Assembly (NCBI GenBank): GCA_046583355.1
Contig: JAYGCM010000001.1
Span: forward strand, 1-28,182
Direction: 5' to 3'
Source of the DNA: Deltaproteobacteria bacterium
GTDB lineage: Bacteria > Desulfobacterota > Binatia > UBA12015
DNA: 28,182 nucleotides
In this document: piece by piece, positions 1-9,234 of the stretch
How the letters are laid out: every line of letters begins with the position of its first letter
Position numbering within the stretch: position 1 is the stretch's first letter
Made by a program: the position numbers and the translations under genes
Notes under the pieces: model-generated
Told to the model about the DNA's origin: nothing
Databases searched by the model: none
Seen by the model: the letters and a program-made list of their open reading frames with translations, nothing else

Positions 1-47
1 TGCAGAAATCGCCGCCTCGAGGGCGGAAGGTTGCCGGACATCGTCAT
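1..47 (-). CDS. 5' end of a gene for a Tat-exported protein (partial, runs off the window)
   Basis: ATG at 47 with GGAGA RBS just after the TonB receptor stop; reads MTMSGNLPPSRRRFL, a twin-arginine motif. Confidence 0.7.
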   Translation of the reverse strand, partial: MTMSGNLPPSRRRFL

Positions 48-56
48 GGTGTTCTC

Positions 57-3000
57 CTAGAGACGCATTCCCACTGCGAAGCCGAAGAGTCGCGGCTCGA
101 TCACATGGATATTCGTGAAGTTGCCGACGGCTGCCGTAAGCACGGTAACGCCGGTGATATTCTGCGAGTTCAGAATATTCTTCACGTAGCCGCGAATATA
201 CCAGCGCGACTCGTCGTCTTCGACGATTACCTGCGCATCCCAACGCTTCCAGGCCGAGATCTTGTCGAGCGGGCCGTTGTAGATCCGGGCCCACATGGAA
301 CTCTGCCAATAGAAGTCGGTGCGCGGAATGATGTTCACGCCGAGCGCTTCGATCGGCAGCAACCATTGTACGCCGATCTTGGTCGAAACCGTCGGTGCAT
401 TGGGTAGCTCGTTACCTTCGATCTCGACTCGGTATTGGTCGACCGTCAGATCGACCGTGCCGCCATTGCCGTCAGGTGCAGATTCCATACCATTGCAGTT
501 CACTAGAACGGGAAGCCCGTCTTCGGTGAAGGTGGTGGGCTCATTGACGTAGTAGTTCTGTGCTGCGTTTCCCGGCTCGAGCCGTCCGGACTCATAGGCC
601 TCGGTATAGGCGGCCCGGTCCAGCGTGCAGGCTCGGCCGAAGATGGAATCCTTGGCGAGGAAAGTGGCATCGTTGTTGAACCGCTCGCCAGCAGGATCGC
701 GCGGGTCGACTGAGCTCTCGCCGTTTTTGATACTCGTGCCGAGGTAGGAGAAGTTGAGGTCGACCAGCACGCCTGGCACCCAGGGCACGGCCCACATGGT
801 TTCCAACTCAAGGCCCCAGACATCGGCATCAATGTTTTCATTGATGGCGGTGCCGCGCTCGAGCTTGGAGATCTGGTAGCCGGTATAATCGTAGTAGAAG
901 GCCGCAAAATTGGCGACCAGGCCCAGGTCGAGAATCTTGTTTTTCATGCCGAACTCAAAGGCGCTGACGAACTCGGAATCAAAGGTGTCTTCTGCACCGG
1001 GGAATTGCGTCGGGTTCACGGCCGGGTTGAAGCCGCCGGGTCGGTAGCCGCGGGACCATTGCAGATAGAGCAGAGTCTCGTCGGTGAAGGGCAGTTCCGT
1101 CATGTAGTCAAGCACTGCGCGGCCGGTGAAGGCCGACCAGGTCTCGGTGGTGTTGCTGCCCTTGAGCAGGCGCGAGAAGTTCCACGGCGGCAAAGCGCTG
1201 CCTGGCAGGCAATTCTTGGGGTCGTCCGGGCCGGTCGGGTCTCCCTGACAATAGACAGAGCCCTCAACGCCAGGCTGCACGGGGCCCAGAGGCATATATT
1301 CGAAAGGTGCGCCGAAAGAGAGGGCACAATTCAGATCGGACTGGTTGCCGATCTGCAGCGGGTCGACGTCGATCAGACAGAGTTTTTCCGGTTCCGTGCC
1401 GACGGAACCGCCATATTGCAGCGAGTTGAGCAGGGTCGAGCGGTCGCGGATGGTCTTGCGGTCGCGGTTGTAGCGGATGCCGCCGGTGAACTTCAGCTGC
1501 TCCGTGATATCCCAATAGCCCTCGCCGTAAATGCCGAAGAGGTTGCGGACGTAGGGGTTGGTCGAGTTGGAAAAGAAGCTCGGGTACAGGCCGGTCAGGC
1601 CCGGAAGCACCGGGATCGGCCCGTTCGGATTGAGGATCGGGGTGGCATCGACAGCCACGTTCTCCAATGTGTTGGCGAGCACGCTGTAGTTGGTGCGCCC
1701 GGTGCCGTTGGTGTAGTTGACGCCGGCCAGGAAGTTGAAGGCCGACTCCCAGGCCGAGCTAACGCGGGCCTCGCCATACCAAGTGGTGCCTTTGCCGTAG
1801 CTCTTGTCGTAGCCGAAAATACGGGTATCGCTGCGCATTACGTTGCCGGCGAAGACGCCCGCCTGGTTCTCGTCAGACCAGTCGAAATTGGTCGTACCCG
1901 AGACTGGAATCACGGGCGTATTGCCTTCGGCATCGGGCTGGAAGCTGGCGCCGACATCCATGTTGAAATCTTGCATGCTGACCGCCTGCGATTCGTGGTA
2001 GGCGGCGATGACGCTCAACGTGAGGTCGGAGGGAAGTTCTTGTTCGACTTCAAGGAGGTACCAAGACTCCTCAGCCTGATAGAGCGGGTCCATATCGGTA
2101 TAGACCGCGCGTCGGTCTTCATCCAATTTTTGTTGCAGGCCCGGGTTGTTCTGCTCGGAGTAGGGGTCCAGCTCGGCTGGGGTCGGGCCCCAGGGGAGGA
2201 AGCCGCCGTAGGCTGCGAAAGTCGCACCGGCGACGGCTTGCGGGAAGGGGCGCCCGGCTTGCATCGTCTCGAGGTCGCCATCCCAAGTGCAGCCGAGTTG
2301 TGCTGTATCGGTGGGGTTGCAGAGCTGCTTGGTGATACGTGCTCGGTTGTCGTCTTCCTTGAAGCGGCTGAAGATAAAGCTGGCGTGCGTGGTGTCGGTG
2401 ATGTCGGCTGTCACCGTCGCGCGGAGGCTCCAGAGGTCACGGCCGTCGATGTTTTCGTTCTGTACGTCGGAACCGTTGTAATAATTTTTGATCATGCCGT
2501 CGCGTTGCAGCGCGAGGCCAGCCACACGGATCGCGACTCGATCGCCAATCGGAATGCTCACACCACCTTTGACCTTGACGGAGTTGAAGTTGCCGTAATC
2601 GATCTCAAAGTTGGCATCGAATTCCTCGAACCTCGGCTTCCTCGTGATGAGGTTGACCACACCGCCGGTGGCACTAGCGCCGTAGAGCGTCCCCTGCGGA
2701 CCGCGCAGAATCTCGACGCGCTCCAGATCATAGAACTCAGTCTGGAAGATGAAGGTCGGGATGGCTGCCTCGTTGATATGGAAGGCGACGCCTGGAGAGC
2801 CACTGGTGGCAACCGCTGCCGAGCCGATCCCGCGAACAGCGAAGTTGCCTCCGCCGCCGAAGTTGGTCTGGGTAAAGGTGACGTTCGGGGCGTTGAATTG
2901 AAGGTCGGTGAATTGCGAGATCTGCTGCAACTCAAGTGCCTCGGCGCTGAAGGCCGTGACGGCGATCGGCACCTCCTGCAGCGATTGGGCCTTGCGCTGC

Positions 3001-3191
3001 GCCGTGATGACCATCTCCTCGATGGCAGGCTTGGGCTCGCGCGCGGGCACCTGTTCGGCGGTTTCGAGTGCCGCGTCGGCAATCTCGTCCGGCTTGATGT
3101 CGAGGTCCTGCGCCACCGCAGTGCCAGCGAGCAGAAGAAGAATGGTAAGAGCCTGAGCGATCAGGCGGCGGAAGTGCATCTGAGTCGTCAT
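57..3191 (-). CDS. TonB-dependent outer membrane receptor (1044 aa)
   Basis: Signal peptide; IEEMVITAQRK TonB-box region; plug motif DLERVEILRGPQGTLYG...GGVVNLIT; C-terminal KN..N...EPRLFGFAVGMRL beta strand. Confidence 0.95.
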   Translation of the reverse strand: MTTQMHFRRLIAQALTILLLLAGTAVAQDLDIKPDEIADAALETAEQVPAREPKPAIEEMVITAQRKAQSLQEVPIAVTAFSAEALELQQISQFTDLQFNAPNVTFTQTNFGGGGNFAVRGIGSAAVATSGSPGVAFHINEAAIPTFIFQTEFYDLERVEILRGPQGTLYGASATGGVVNLITRKPRFEEFDANFEIDYGNFNSVKVKGGVSIPIGDRVAIRVAGLALQRDGMIKNYYNGSDVQNENIDGRDLWSLRATVTADITDTTHASFIFSRFKEDDNRARITKQLCNPTDTAQLGCTWDGDLETMQAGRPFPQAVAGATFAAYGGFLPWGPTPAELDPYSEQNNPGLQQKLDEDRRAVYTDMDPLYQAEESWYLLEVEQELPSDLTLSVIAAYHESQAVSMQDFNMDVGASFQPDAEGNTPVIPVSGTTNFDWSDENQAGVFAGNVMRSDTRIFGYDKSYGKGTTWYGEARVSSAWESAFNFLAGVNYTNGTGRTNYSVLANTLENVAVDATPILNPNGPIPVLPGLTGLYPSFFSNSTNPYVRNLFGIYGEGYWDITEQLKFTGGIRYNRDRKTIRDRSTLLNSLQYGGSVGTEPEKLCLIDVDPLQIGNQSDLNCALSFGAPFEYMPLGPVQPGVEGSVYCQGDPTGPDDPKNCLPGSALPPWNFSRLLKGSNTTETWSAFTGRAVLDYMTELPFTDETLLYLQWSRGYRPGGFNPAVNPTQFPGAEDTFDSEFVSAFEFGMKNKILDLGLVANFAAFYYDYTGYQISKLERGTAINENIDADVWGLELETMWAVPWVPGVLVDLNFSYLGTSIKNGESSVDPRDPAGERFNNDATFLAKDSIFGRACTLDRAAYTEAYESGRLEPGNAAQNYYVNEPTTFTEDGLPVLVNCNGMESAPDGNGGTVDLTVDQYRVEIEGNELPNAPTVSTKIGVQWLLPIEALGVNIIPRTDFYWQSSMWARIYNGPLDKISAWKRWDAQVIVEDDESRWYIRGYVKNILNSQNITGVTVLTAAVGNFTNIHVIEPRLFGFAVGMRL

Positions 3192-3482
3192 ATCTGTCCC
3201 CCTTCCGGCGCAGGTATGGGGCGCGCCGGATCACGCAACCTCTCCCGAACGATCCCGCAGGTCAAACGCTGGAGAGTCAGCCCGCGGCGACGTACAGCCG
3301 GCCGATTTTGCGTCTCTCAAGGTTGAAGATCCGCTCATCAAGTCAGGCATCGGGCTTGCTGCGATGGATTGCGCTGGATTTCGTTCCTCGCCCGGCACAC
3401 CCGACCAGCCGGTGCGGAAACGGATCATCGATGGCCATTTGTTTCTCAATGTCGCAACGTCCCCTCAGCTCAGTGCCTCAGC

Positions 3483-4250
3483 TCAGCGAGCCGTGAATCC
3501 TCCATCGATCACCAATTCGGCGCCGGTCATGTAGCGGGACTCGTCGGAGGCAAGAAAGAGGGCGCCGTTCGCGATATCCAGCGGCACGCCCATCGCGCCG
3601 ACGGGAATCCCGGCGAGCACGGCTTCGTGGAATGCCGGACCTTTCTCGCCGAGGGCGAGGACCGCCTTCTCGACCAGCGGTGTCTCGATAAATCCCGGAT
3701 GGATCGAATTCACGCGGATCGGATAGCCCTCTGCAGCGCAGTGCAGCGCGGCCGATTTTGTGAAGATCCGTACGCCGCCTTTGCTCGCATTATAAGCGGC
3801 CGCCATCGCCTCCCCGACGATGCCGTCGATCGACGAGACGTTGATGATCGATCCGCCAGAGCTCTTCATTGCGCGAACGGCTGCACGCGTACCGAGAAAG
3901 ACGCTGTCCAGGTTGACGCGCTGGGTCTCTCGCCAATCGTCGAGGTGGGTCTCTTCGACATTGCCCGGAATAACGATGCCGGCGTTGTTGACGACGATAT
4001 CGAGCCGGCCGTGTTGGGCCAGAATCTCCTCGACCAATTCGCTCCAGCGTGCCTCATCGGTGACGTCCTGCAGGCGCGCTTCGGCCCTATGACCGGCCTC
4101 GCGGATCGCTTGCGCCACCTGCTCGGCTGCGGTCTGATTGATATCCGCCACCACCACCGTCGCACCTTCTTCGGCGAAGCGGCTGCAAATCGCCGCGCCG
4201 ATACCCGAGCCGCCACCCGTGACCAATGCCAATTTTTTCTTGAGTCGCAT
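3483..4250 (-). CDS. Short-chain dehydrogenase/reductase (3alpha,20beta-HSD/cyclopentanol dehydrogenase-like)
   Basis: TGGGSGIG, NNAG, YNASK, RVNSIHPG, C-terminal TGAELVIDGG; GGAGAG RBS. Confidence 0.93.
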   Translation of the reverse strand: MRLKKKLALVTGGGSGIGAAICSRFAEEGATVVVADINQTAAEQVAQAIREAGHRAEARLQDVTDEARWSELVEEILAQHGRLDIVVNNAGIVIPGNVEETHLDDWRETQRVNLDSVFLGTRAAVRAMKSSGGSIINVSSIDGIVGEAMAAAYNASKGGVRIFTKSAALHCAAEGYPIRVNSIHPGFIETPLVEKAVLALGEKGPAFHEAVLAGIPVGAMGVPLDIANGALFLASDESRYMTGAELVIDGGFTAR

Positions 4251-4261
4251 TTTTCTCTCCT

Positions 4262-5074
4262 CTATTTCGCAGAAACGCCGCCGTCTACGATGATCTCGGT
4301 GCCAGTGATATAACTCGATGCTTCCGAGGCCAGGAAGACCACGACCTGCGCCACTTCCTCCGGTGCCCCGAGACGGCCGAGCACCGTCATGCCGAAAATC
4401 ATTTCCCGGGCTTCCGCCACCGAAGGCGCCAATCCGCTCTCGACGAAATCGTCAAAAACCTTGTCGCCCATCGCCGTCTCGATCAGGCCTGGATGAACCG
4501 AATTGACACGAATGCCATATCCCAAGGCACCGAATTCGACGGCCGCGTGCTTCGAGTAGGAGCGCACGGCACCCTTGGTCGAGCCGTAAGCGCTATGGCC
4601 CGGCGTGCCGCAAAGAGCCGCCACCGAGGACAGGTTCACGATCGAACCACCACGTCCCGCCCGGCCGCCCGGCTTCATGGCGACGACCGCGGCTTGCATG
4701 CCAAGGAAGACCGATTCCACATTGACGCGGTGAACGCGGCGTACTTCTTCGAGGCTGTTCTTTTCCAATAATCCGCCTTGGTAGACACCGGCGTTGTTGA
4801 CGAGAACGTCCAAGCCGCCAAAGCGTTCGATCGTGGCACCGACTACCTGTGCCCATTGTGCCTCATTGCAGACATCGTGCGCGAGAAATTCCGCCACGAG
4901 ACCGGCAGCACGAAGACTCCCGGCCGCTTCTTCCCCGCGCGCGATATCGATGTCGCTGAGCATGACGCGCGCCCCAGCCGCAGCCAACGCTCGCGCACAG
5001 GCCGCGCCGATACCCGAAGCGGCCCCGGTCACGATCGCCACCTTGTCCATTCTTGAATCTACTTGCTCTGTCAT
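4262..5074 (-). CDS. Short-chain dehydrogenase/reductase, same subfamily as the neighbour
   Basis: TGAASGIG, NNAG, YGSTK, RVNSVHPG; start placed at ATG 5074, 8 nt from AGGAGA (alternatives 5080, 5092). Confidence 0.92.
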   Translation of the reverse strand: MTEQVDSRMDKVAIVTGAASGIGAACARALAAAGARVMLSDIDIARGEEAAGSLRAAGLVAEFLAHDVCNEAQWAQVVGATIERFGGLDVLVNNAGVYQGGLLEKNSLEEVRRVHRVNVESVFLGMQAAVVAMKPGGRAGRGGSIVNLSSVAALCGTPGHSAYGSTKGAVRSYSKHAAVEFGALGYGIRVNSVHPGLIETAMGDKVFDDFVESGLAPSVAEAREMIFGMTVLGRLGAPEEVAQVVVFLASEASSYITGTEIIVDGGVSAK

Positions 5075-5138
5075 CTTCATTTTCTCCTGCATCGCACGCC
5101 GAGCGCCGGCGCCGCATTTTGGTTCCGGTCCATCCGGC

Positions 5139-5669
5139 TCAGACGTGGAGGGGACCTGGAGTGATTTTATTCAACTGCCGCAATGCGCTTCGGGCCGCAT
5201 TGTACCCGCACATCCCGTGCACCCCACCGCCGGGCGGCGTCGAGGCGGAACAAAGAAAGACCCGACGATTCGGCGTCGTATAGGGATCCAGACGAGCCAT
5301 CGGCCGGGTCATGAGTTGCGTGATATCGGCTATGCCACCGGTGATCGCACCACCGACGAAATTGGGGTTGTAGCGCTCGAATTCGGCACAGCGCATTGTA
5401 TGCCGTGCGGTAATTAGTTGCTTGAATCCCGGCGCAAAGCGCTCGACCTGATCTTCGATCGCCTCGGTTCTATCGACGTCGGAGCCGGCGGGAACATGGC
5501 AATAGGCGTAGCCCGGCCGAGTCAGCTCGGCGGTCCGGGTACCGCCGCCGATGGCATCGGCCGCTTCGAGCACCAAGACCGAGGCCCCGTTTCGAGCCAG
5601 TTCAACCGCGGCCGCCAATCCGTTCGGACCCGACCCCACGATGACGGCATCGTGGATGCCGTCGGTCAT
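5139..5669 (-). pseudogene. Phytoene dehydrogenase-like FAD oxidoreductase with a large in-frame internal deletion
   Basis: N-terminal GSGPNGL...GGGTRTAELTRPG joined directly to the family's C-terminal YAYCHVP...FLCSASTPPGGGVHGMCGYNAA; 176 aa versus roughly 470 aa typical. Confidence 0.85.
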
Positions 5670-7381
5670 CCGGTGGCCTTATCCGGTGAATCGGGAGCCG
5701 TCCACGGCGGCTCCACATCGCCGGCCTCACCGTAATCCCAGGGCATGCGCCGGGCAAGTTCGTCGAGCCCGACATGGCCCTCGGCGATCTGCCCCGTCTT
5801 GGCGTCGTTGATGCGCCAATGCAGGCTGGGCGTCTGGATGGGTTGTGCCTCGACGCAAATCACCCGCAGCTCGCCCTCCTCAAAGCCACATTGTTCCTGG
5901 ACGGCCGCCAATAGCCGTTCGTCGGCCTGATGCCCTTCCCCGAAGTTCCAACCCAGCACGGAGGCCGCGACGGTTTCCCCATCGGCGTAGGTGAAATCCT
6001 GGAAGGGCCGGCCGCCGGTGGCCACAGGAAGAAGCTTTCCCAGGACTCGACCCTGGAGATGCAGGCAACGGAAGGCACTGAAGAGGCCATCGGCCTCGGT
6101 GGCTTGTTCGGGAGAGAGGAAGCGAAGCTGTTGTTCCTTGAGAAGCGCGCTGGCTCGCTTCAACCGATTGAGTTTCTCGTAGCTCTTGCCCTCGAAGAGC
6201 CAGGCATTCCAGGCCCAGTTACCGGCGTAGTACCGCATGGAAAGGAGAAACGAGACCGACCGCGGAACCAGATTGCCCAGCAAGGGCAGCACCAGACAAC
6301 CGATCAGCAAATAGATCGTCATCGGCAGGGAGCCAACCTCGAGCACGGTGATCTCGGGGTGGAAGTAGAACAAAAAGAACCCGGCGTAGAGACTCAGAAT
6401 ATTCCATTCGAAAACGGCGCCGGCGGGCATATTGCTGATGATGAAACCGTGCAATGCGACAGCGAGTCCGAGACCCAGCCAGAGGAGAGGACCGTCGTGG
6501 GTCACCCAGACCAGCACGAGCGGCGCGCCGAATTCGAGCATCGCGCCTATATGCGCCATGATTTTACCCATCAAGGACGGGCTGAGGTCGTCGGGATAGG
6601 ATCGGAAGAGGCGCGTGCGGAACCATGCGCTCTTCAACAGCGGATTGTTGGCGGTCATGATCGGCACGACGTAGGCAAAGCCGACCGTCAGCTTCGAAAC
6701 GCCGGCCCAGAACCAGATCGCGAGCTGCACCCATTTGCTGGCGGCAATCCACTCTCCGGCCAGAAAGAAACAAACGATCATCGCAAAATGATGTTCGCCG
6801 CGCGCCGTCAAGAAGATCATGCGATCGCCCAGCGCGCATAAGGGCAAGAGAACGACGATGGGAAGAAAATGCTCGGCCCTCAGCTCGGGTTGAACCAAGG
6901 CGTGCAGAATCGCAACCACGAAGGCTGCGTAGAGAGCCACGTCAAGTAAGGTGCGACGGGTCCCGCCGATCAGCGGTACGCCGGGAAAGAGCGGCAACTT
7001 GGTGGTGCCCGGCCAGAGATAATGCACGAAAGCCGTGAACGGCGGCCAGACCTTGAGGCCGAGCGGCCCGGACATGCAGCCGAAGCCGAGAGTCTCGAAA
7101 CAAAGGCTCCAGAGAAAGGCTTTTTGAAACGCGATGGGAGCAAAGGCCCAGGAGGAAATATCGGACCAGCCGCCGATGCCGGGCGTGAACCCGCAGAAGA
7201 AGACCCAGCCAGCGAACAAGAGGCCGATCTTCGTCGCAGCAAAAATATAGGCCACCAATGGATAGGCCAGCCCCTTGTGGATATATTCGCGTGAGGCGAT
7301 CCGGGTGCGTTCTGCGAAGTTTTTCTTCGCCCATTGTGCCGGATCAAAAATGGCGTCTTCGCTTTGGCTAATTGTCTCCAT
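5666..7381 (-). CDS. DUF3556-like polytopic membrane protein (571 aa)
   Basis: Many hydrophobic helices; motifs FQKAFLWS, SGPL, PGTTKLP, FLTARGE, VSFLLSMRYYAGNW, GWNFGEGH, EAQPI; stop overlaps the next start; AAGGAG RBS. Confidence 0.8.
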   Translation of the reverse strand: METISQSEDAIFDPAQWAKKNFAERTRIASREYIHKGLAYPLVAYIFAATKIGLLFAGWVFFCGFTPGIGGWSDISSWAFAPIAFQKAFLWSLCFETLGFGCMSGPLGLKVWPPFTAFVHYLWPGTTKLPLFPGVPLIGGTRRTLLDVALYAAFVVAILHALVQPELRAEHFLPIVVLLPLCALGDRMIFLTARGEHHFAMIVCFFLAGEWIAASKWVQLAIWFWAGVSKLTVGFAYVVPIMTANNPLLKSAWFRTRLFRSYPDDLSPSLMGKIMAHIGAMLEFGAPLVLVWVTHDGPLLWLGLGLAVALHGFIISNMPAGAVFEWNILSLYAGFFLFYFHPEITVLEVGSLPMTIYLLIGCLVLPLLGNLVPRSVSFLLSMRYYAGNWAWNAWLFEGKSYEKLNRLKRASALLKEQQLRFLSPEQATEADGLFSAFRCLHLQGRVLGKLLPVATGGRPFQDFTYADGETVAASVLGWNFGEGHQADERLLAAVQEQCGFEEGELRVICVEAQPIQTPSLHWRINDAKTGQIAEGHVGLDELARRMPWDYGEAGDVEPPWTAPDSPDKATG

Positions 7382-7411
7382 GGCGATCTCCTTGGCTGAA
7401 TCGAATTCCCT

Positions 7412-7431
7412 AACTGAGTATTCGCTCAGTT
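7412..7431. promoter_or_regulatory. TetR operator-like palindrome A1 (AACTGAG-tattcg-CTCAGTT)
   Basis: Perfect 7-6-7 inverted repeat upstream of the DUF3556 gene; near copy at 8481-8500. Confidence 0.8.
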
Positions 7432-7445
7432 GTGAGGATGACGTA

Positions 7446-7465
7446 AAGTGAGTGAAGGGTCAATA
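7446..7465. promoter_or_regulatory. Operator-like site B1 (AAGTGAGTGAAGGGTCAATA) containing a minus-strand -35 TTGACC
   Basis: 17/20 identical to 8515-8534 and at the same 34-bp offset from site A; GGTCAA at 7458-7463. Confidence 0.7.
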
Positions 7466-7493
7466 CGCGGTGCCCGTTCGGGCCAGCACCGGC

Positions 7494-8428
7494 TCAGGCC
7501 GGAACCTGGTAGTCGGTCGTGGTCGCGACGTAGTCGACGAAATAATCGATCGAGGACGGATTCATCATAGAATCGCGGCTCGCCGCCTTCTCCAGGGGCC
7601 AGCCGAGAAGCAACTTGCGCACCGGAACCTCGAGTTTTTTGCCGGTCAGAGTGTAGGGGATCTCGCCGATCGCATAATATTTCTCCGGCACATGGCGCGG
7701 CGAACATTGCTCGCGCAATTCCCGGCTGACCTTTCTTTCGAGTGCGGCATCCAGCACGACACCCTCTGCGAGCTGCAGGAACATCGGCATATTCGGGAAG
7801 GGTTTTTTGCAGACCAACTCCCCGACCGTGCCGAGCAGCGGCTCGCCATCGTCGTCGAAAGAATCCACGTCCATCCCGAAATCGTCTTGCGCCCGAACTC
7901 GGGTGCGGCAGCAGACCAGACGGCACCGATGCTGATGGTTGCCAGCATCGCGACGACGGTCTCGGGAATATTCGGCATCAGGCAGCAGACGGCATCTCCC
8001 GGCCGCAGCCCGTGTGCGCGCATCTCCGTTGCCAGGATGCGGACCTGAGCCGCCAGTTCCGGCCAGTCCATCCGTTCCTGCGGCCGGATTTCCGAGAGGT
8101 GATGCAGGGCGGTGGCGCCGGGACGTTCATGGCGTAGAATGTGCTCCGCCAGATTGACCTTGGAGCCAAGAAACCAGGAATTTCCGGGTTTCATCTCCAG
8201 GCTATCGGTGACCTGCGTATACGGAGTATCCGAGAGAATCTCGAAGTACTTCCATAGCGACGCCCAGAAGGCCTCGATCTCATCGACCGACCACTGCCAG
8301 AGCGCTTGATAGTCGGCGACCTCGACGATGCCCTGCTGCTTCAGCCAATTGATGTATTGAGAAATGTTGGATCTGTTGGCGAATTCCTCGCCGGGTGTCC
8401 ATAAGAGGTCGCCTTCTTGGACTGCCAT
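7494..8428 (-). pseudogene. Acetoacetyl-CoA synthetase with two internal deletions and a frameshift
   Basis: N-terminus LLWTP...YQALWQWSV..IEAFW...MPNIPETVVAMLATISIGAVWS; other frame GELVCKKPFPNMP then SPRHVP...IPYTLTGKKLEVPVRK; about 310 codons versus roughly 650; AMP-binding signature absent. Confidence 0.88.
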
Positions 8429-8480
8429 TCCACTTCTCCGAGGTTTCGCGGCGTCGCCCGCCGAGTTTCCGACCACTCCA

Positions 8481-8500
8481 TACTGAGTAGTTGCTCAGTT
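8481..8500. promoter_or_regulatory. TetR operator-like palindrome A2 (TACTGAGTAGTTGCTCAGTT)
   Basis: ACTGAG/CTCAGT inverted repeat in the divergent intergenic region; overlaps plus-strand TTGCTC of a TTGCTC-N16-TATACT promoter candidate. Confidence 0.8.
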
Positions 8501-8514
8501 GTAGTCTTCCCTTA

Positions 8515-8534
8515 TACTGAGTGAATGGTCAATA
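8515..8534. promoter_or_regulatory. Operator-like site B2 (TACTGAGTGAATGGTCAATA)
   Basis: TAcTGA-N8-TCAATA; overlaps plus-strand TATACT (8513-8518), the tetR ATG and minus-strand TTGACC (8527-8532). Confidence 0.75.
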
Positions 8535-9211
8535 GGAAACGTACCGCCGTGGGCAGCATCCGGCAATCGCCCGGGAACCCGGAGAAAAAGAAGTCTCGCG
8601 CCGGCCTTCGGGCGCGTCGCCTGTCGGCAGAAGATCGCCGGGCACAATTACTGAGAGCGGCCATGGCGGTGTTTGCGAAGCGCGGGATCGCCGCCGCACG
8701 ACCATCGGAGGTGGCCGAAGAGGCCGGCGTTTCCGAAGCGACCGTCTTTGCCTATTTCGCCACTCGCCAGGAATTGGTGCTGGCGGTGATCGGTGAGGTC
8801 GAGCGTCTCTACCTGGAGATCGACCGCCATTTCCTGGAAGATACGACGCTGCCGGTTTGGCAGGCGATCCACTCGCTGGCGCGGACCTTTGCGGACTCCG
8901 TCGATCGCTACCCGGACCATGCCCGAGTCTTCCTCGATTGGGGCAACACCATGGCGCCTGAAATCTTTGCAAGTTTTTTGGCGTTTCAGGAACAGGTCAT
9001 CACAATGCTGACGCGAACCCTGCGGCGGGGACGGCGCGACGGATCTGTCGCCCCCGATATCGATGCAGCCGATGCGGCACGCTTGGGCTTCGCCTCGGCT
9101 CAGATGCTCATCCAGATGAAGCTGGTCGGGAAATCTCGTCGCCAGATCGAGCGCTTTTTGAATTCCCTCACCCGTGCGCTGGTTGGACAGCCCCGCGTCG
9201 CTGAAAAGTAG
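8525..9211 (+). CDS. TetR-family regulator, LuxR/SmcR/HapR-like
   Basis: HTH RLSAEDRRAQLL..AMAVFAKRGI...VAEEAGVSEATVFAYFATRQELV; start may be ATG 8525 (possibly leaderless) or GTG 8549. Confidence 0.92.
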   Translation: MVNRKRTAVGSIRQSPGNPEKKKSRAGLRARRLSAEDRRAQLLRAAMAVFAKRGIAAARPSEVAEEAGVSEATVFAYFATRQELVLAVIGEVERLYLEIDRHFLEDTTLPVWQAIHSLARTFADSVDRYPDHARVFLDWGNTMAPEIFASFLAFQEQVITMLTRTLRRGRRDGSVAPDIDAADAARLGFASAQMLIQMKLVGKSRRQIERFLNSLTRALVGQPRVAEK

Positions 9212-9234
9212 AGTGTTCAGCAGGGCTGGGACGG

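Noticed and set aside
1005..3326. 773-aa plus-strand ORF and similar long antisense ORFs (e.g. 21411-23363, 18203-19567)
   Set aside because: Shadow frames opposite well-supported genes, expected in GC-rich DNA; no motifs
3344..3360. Sigma54-like CAGGCATCGGGCTTGCT on the plus strand
   Set aside because: Points away from the TonB gene and into the antisense of an SDR; no plus-strand gene to drive
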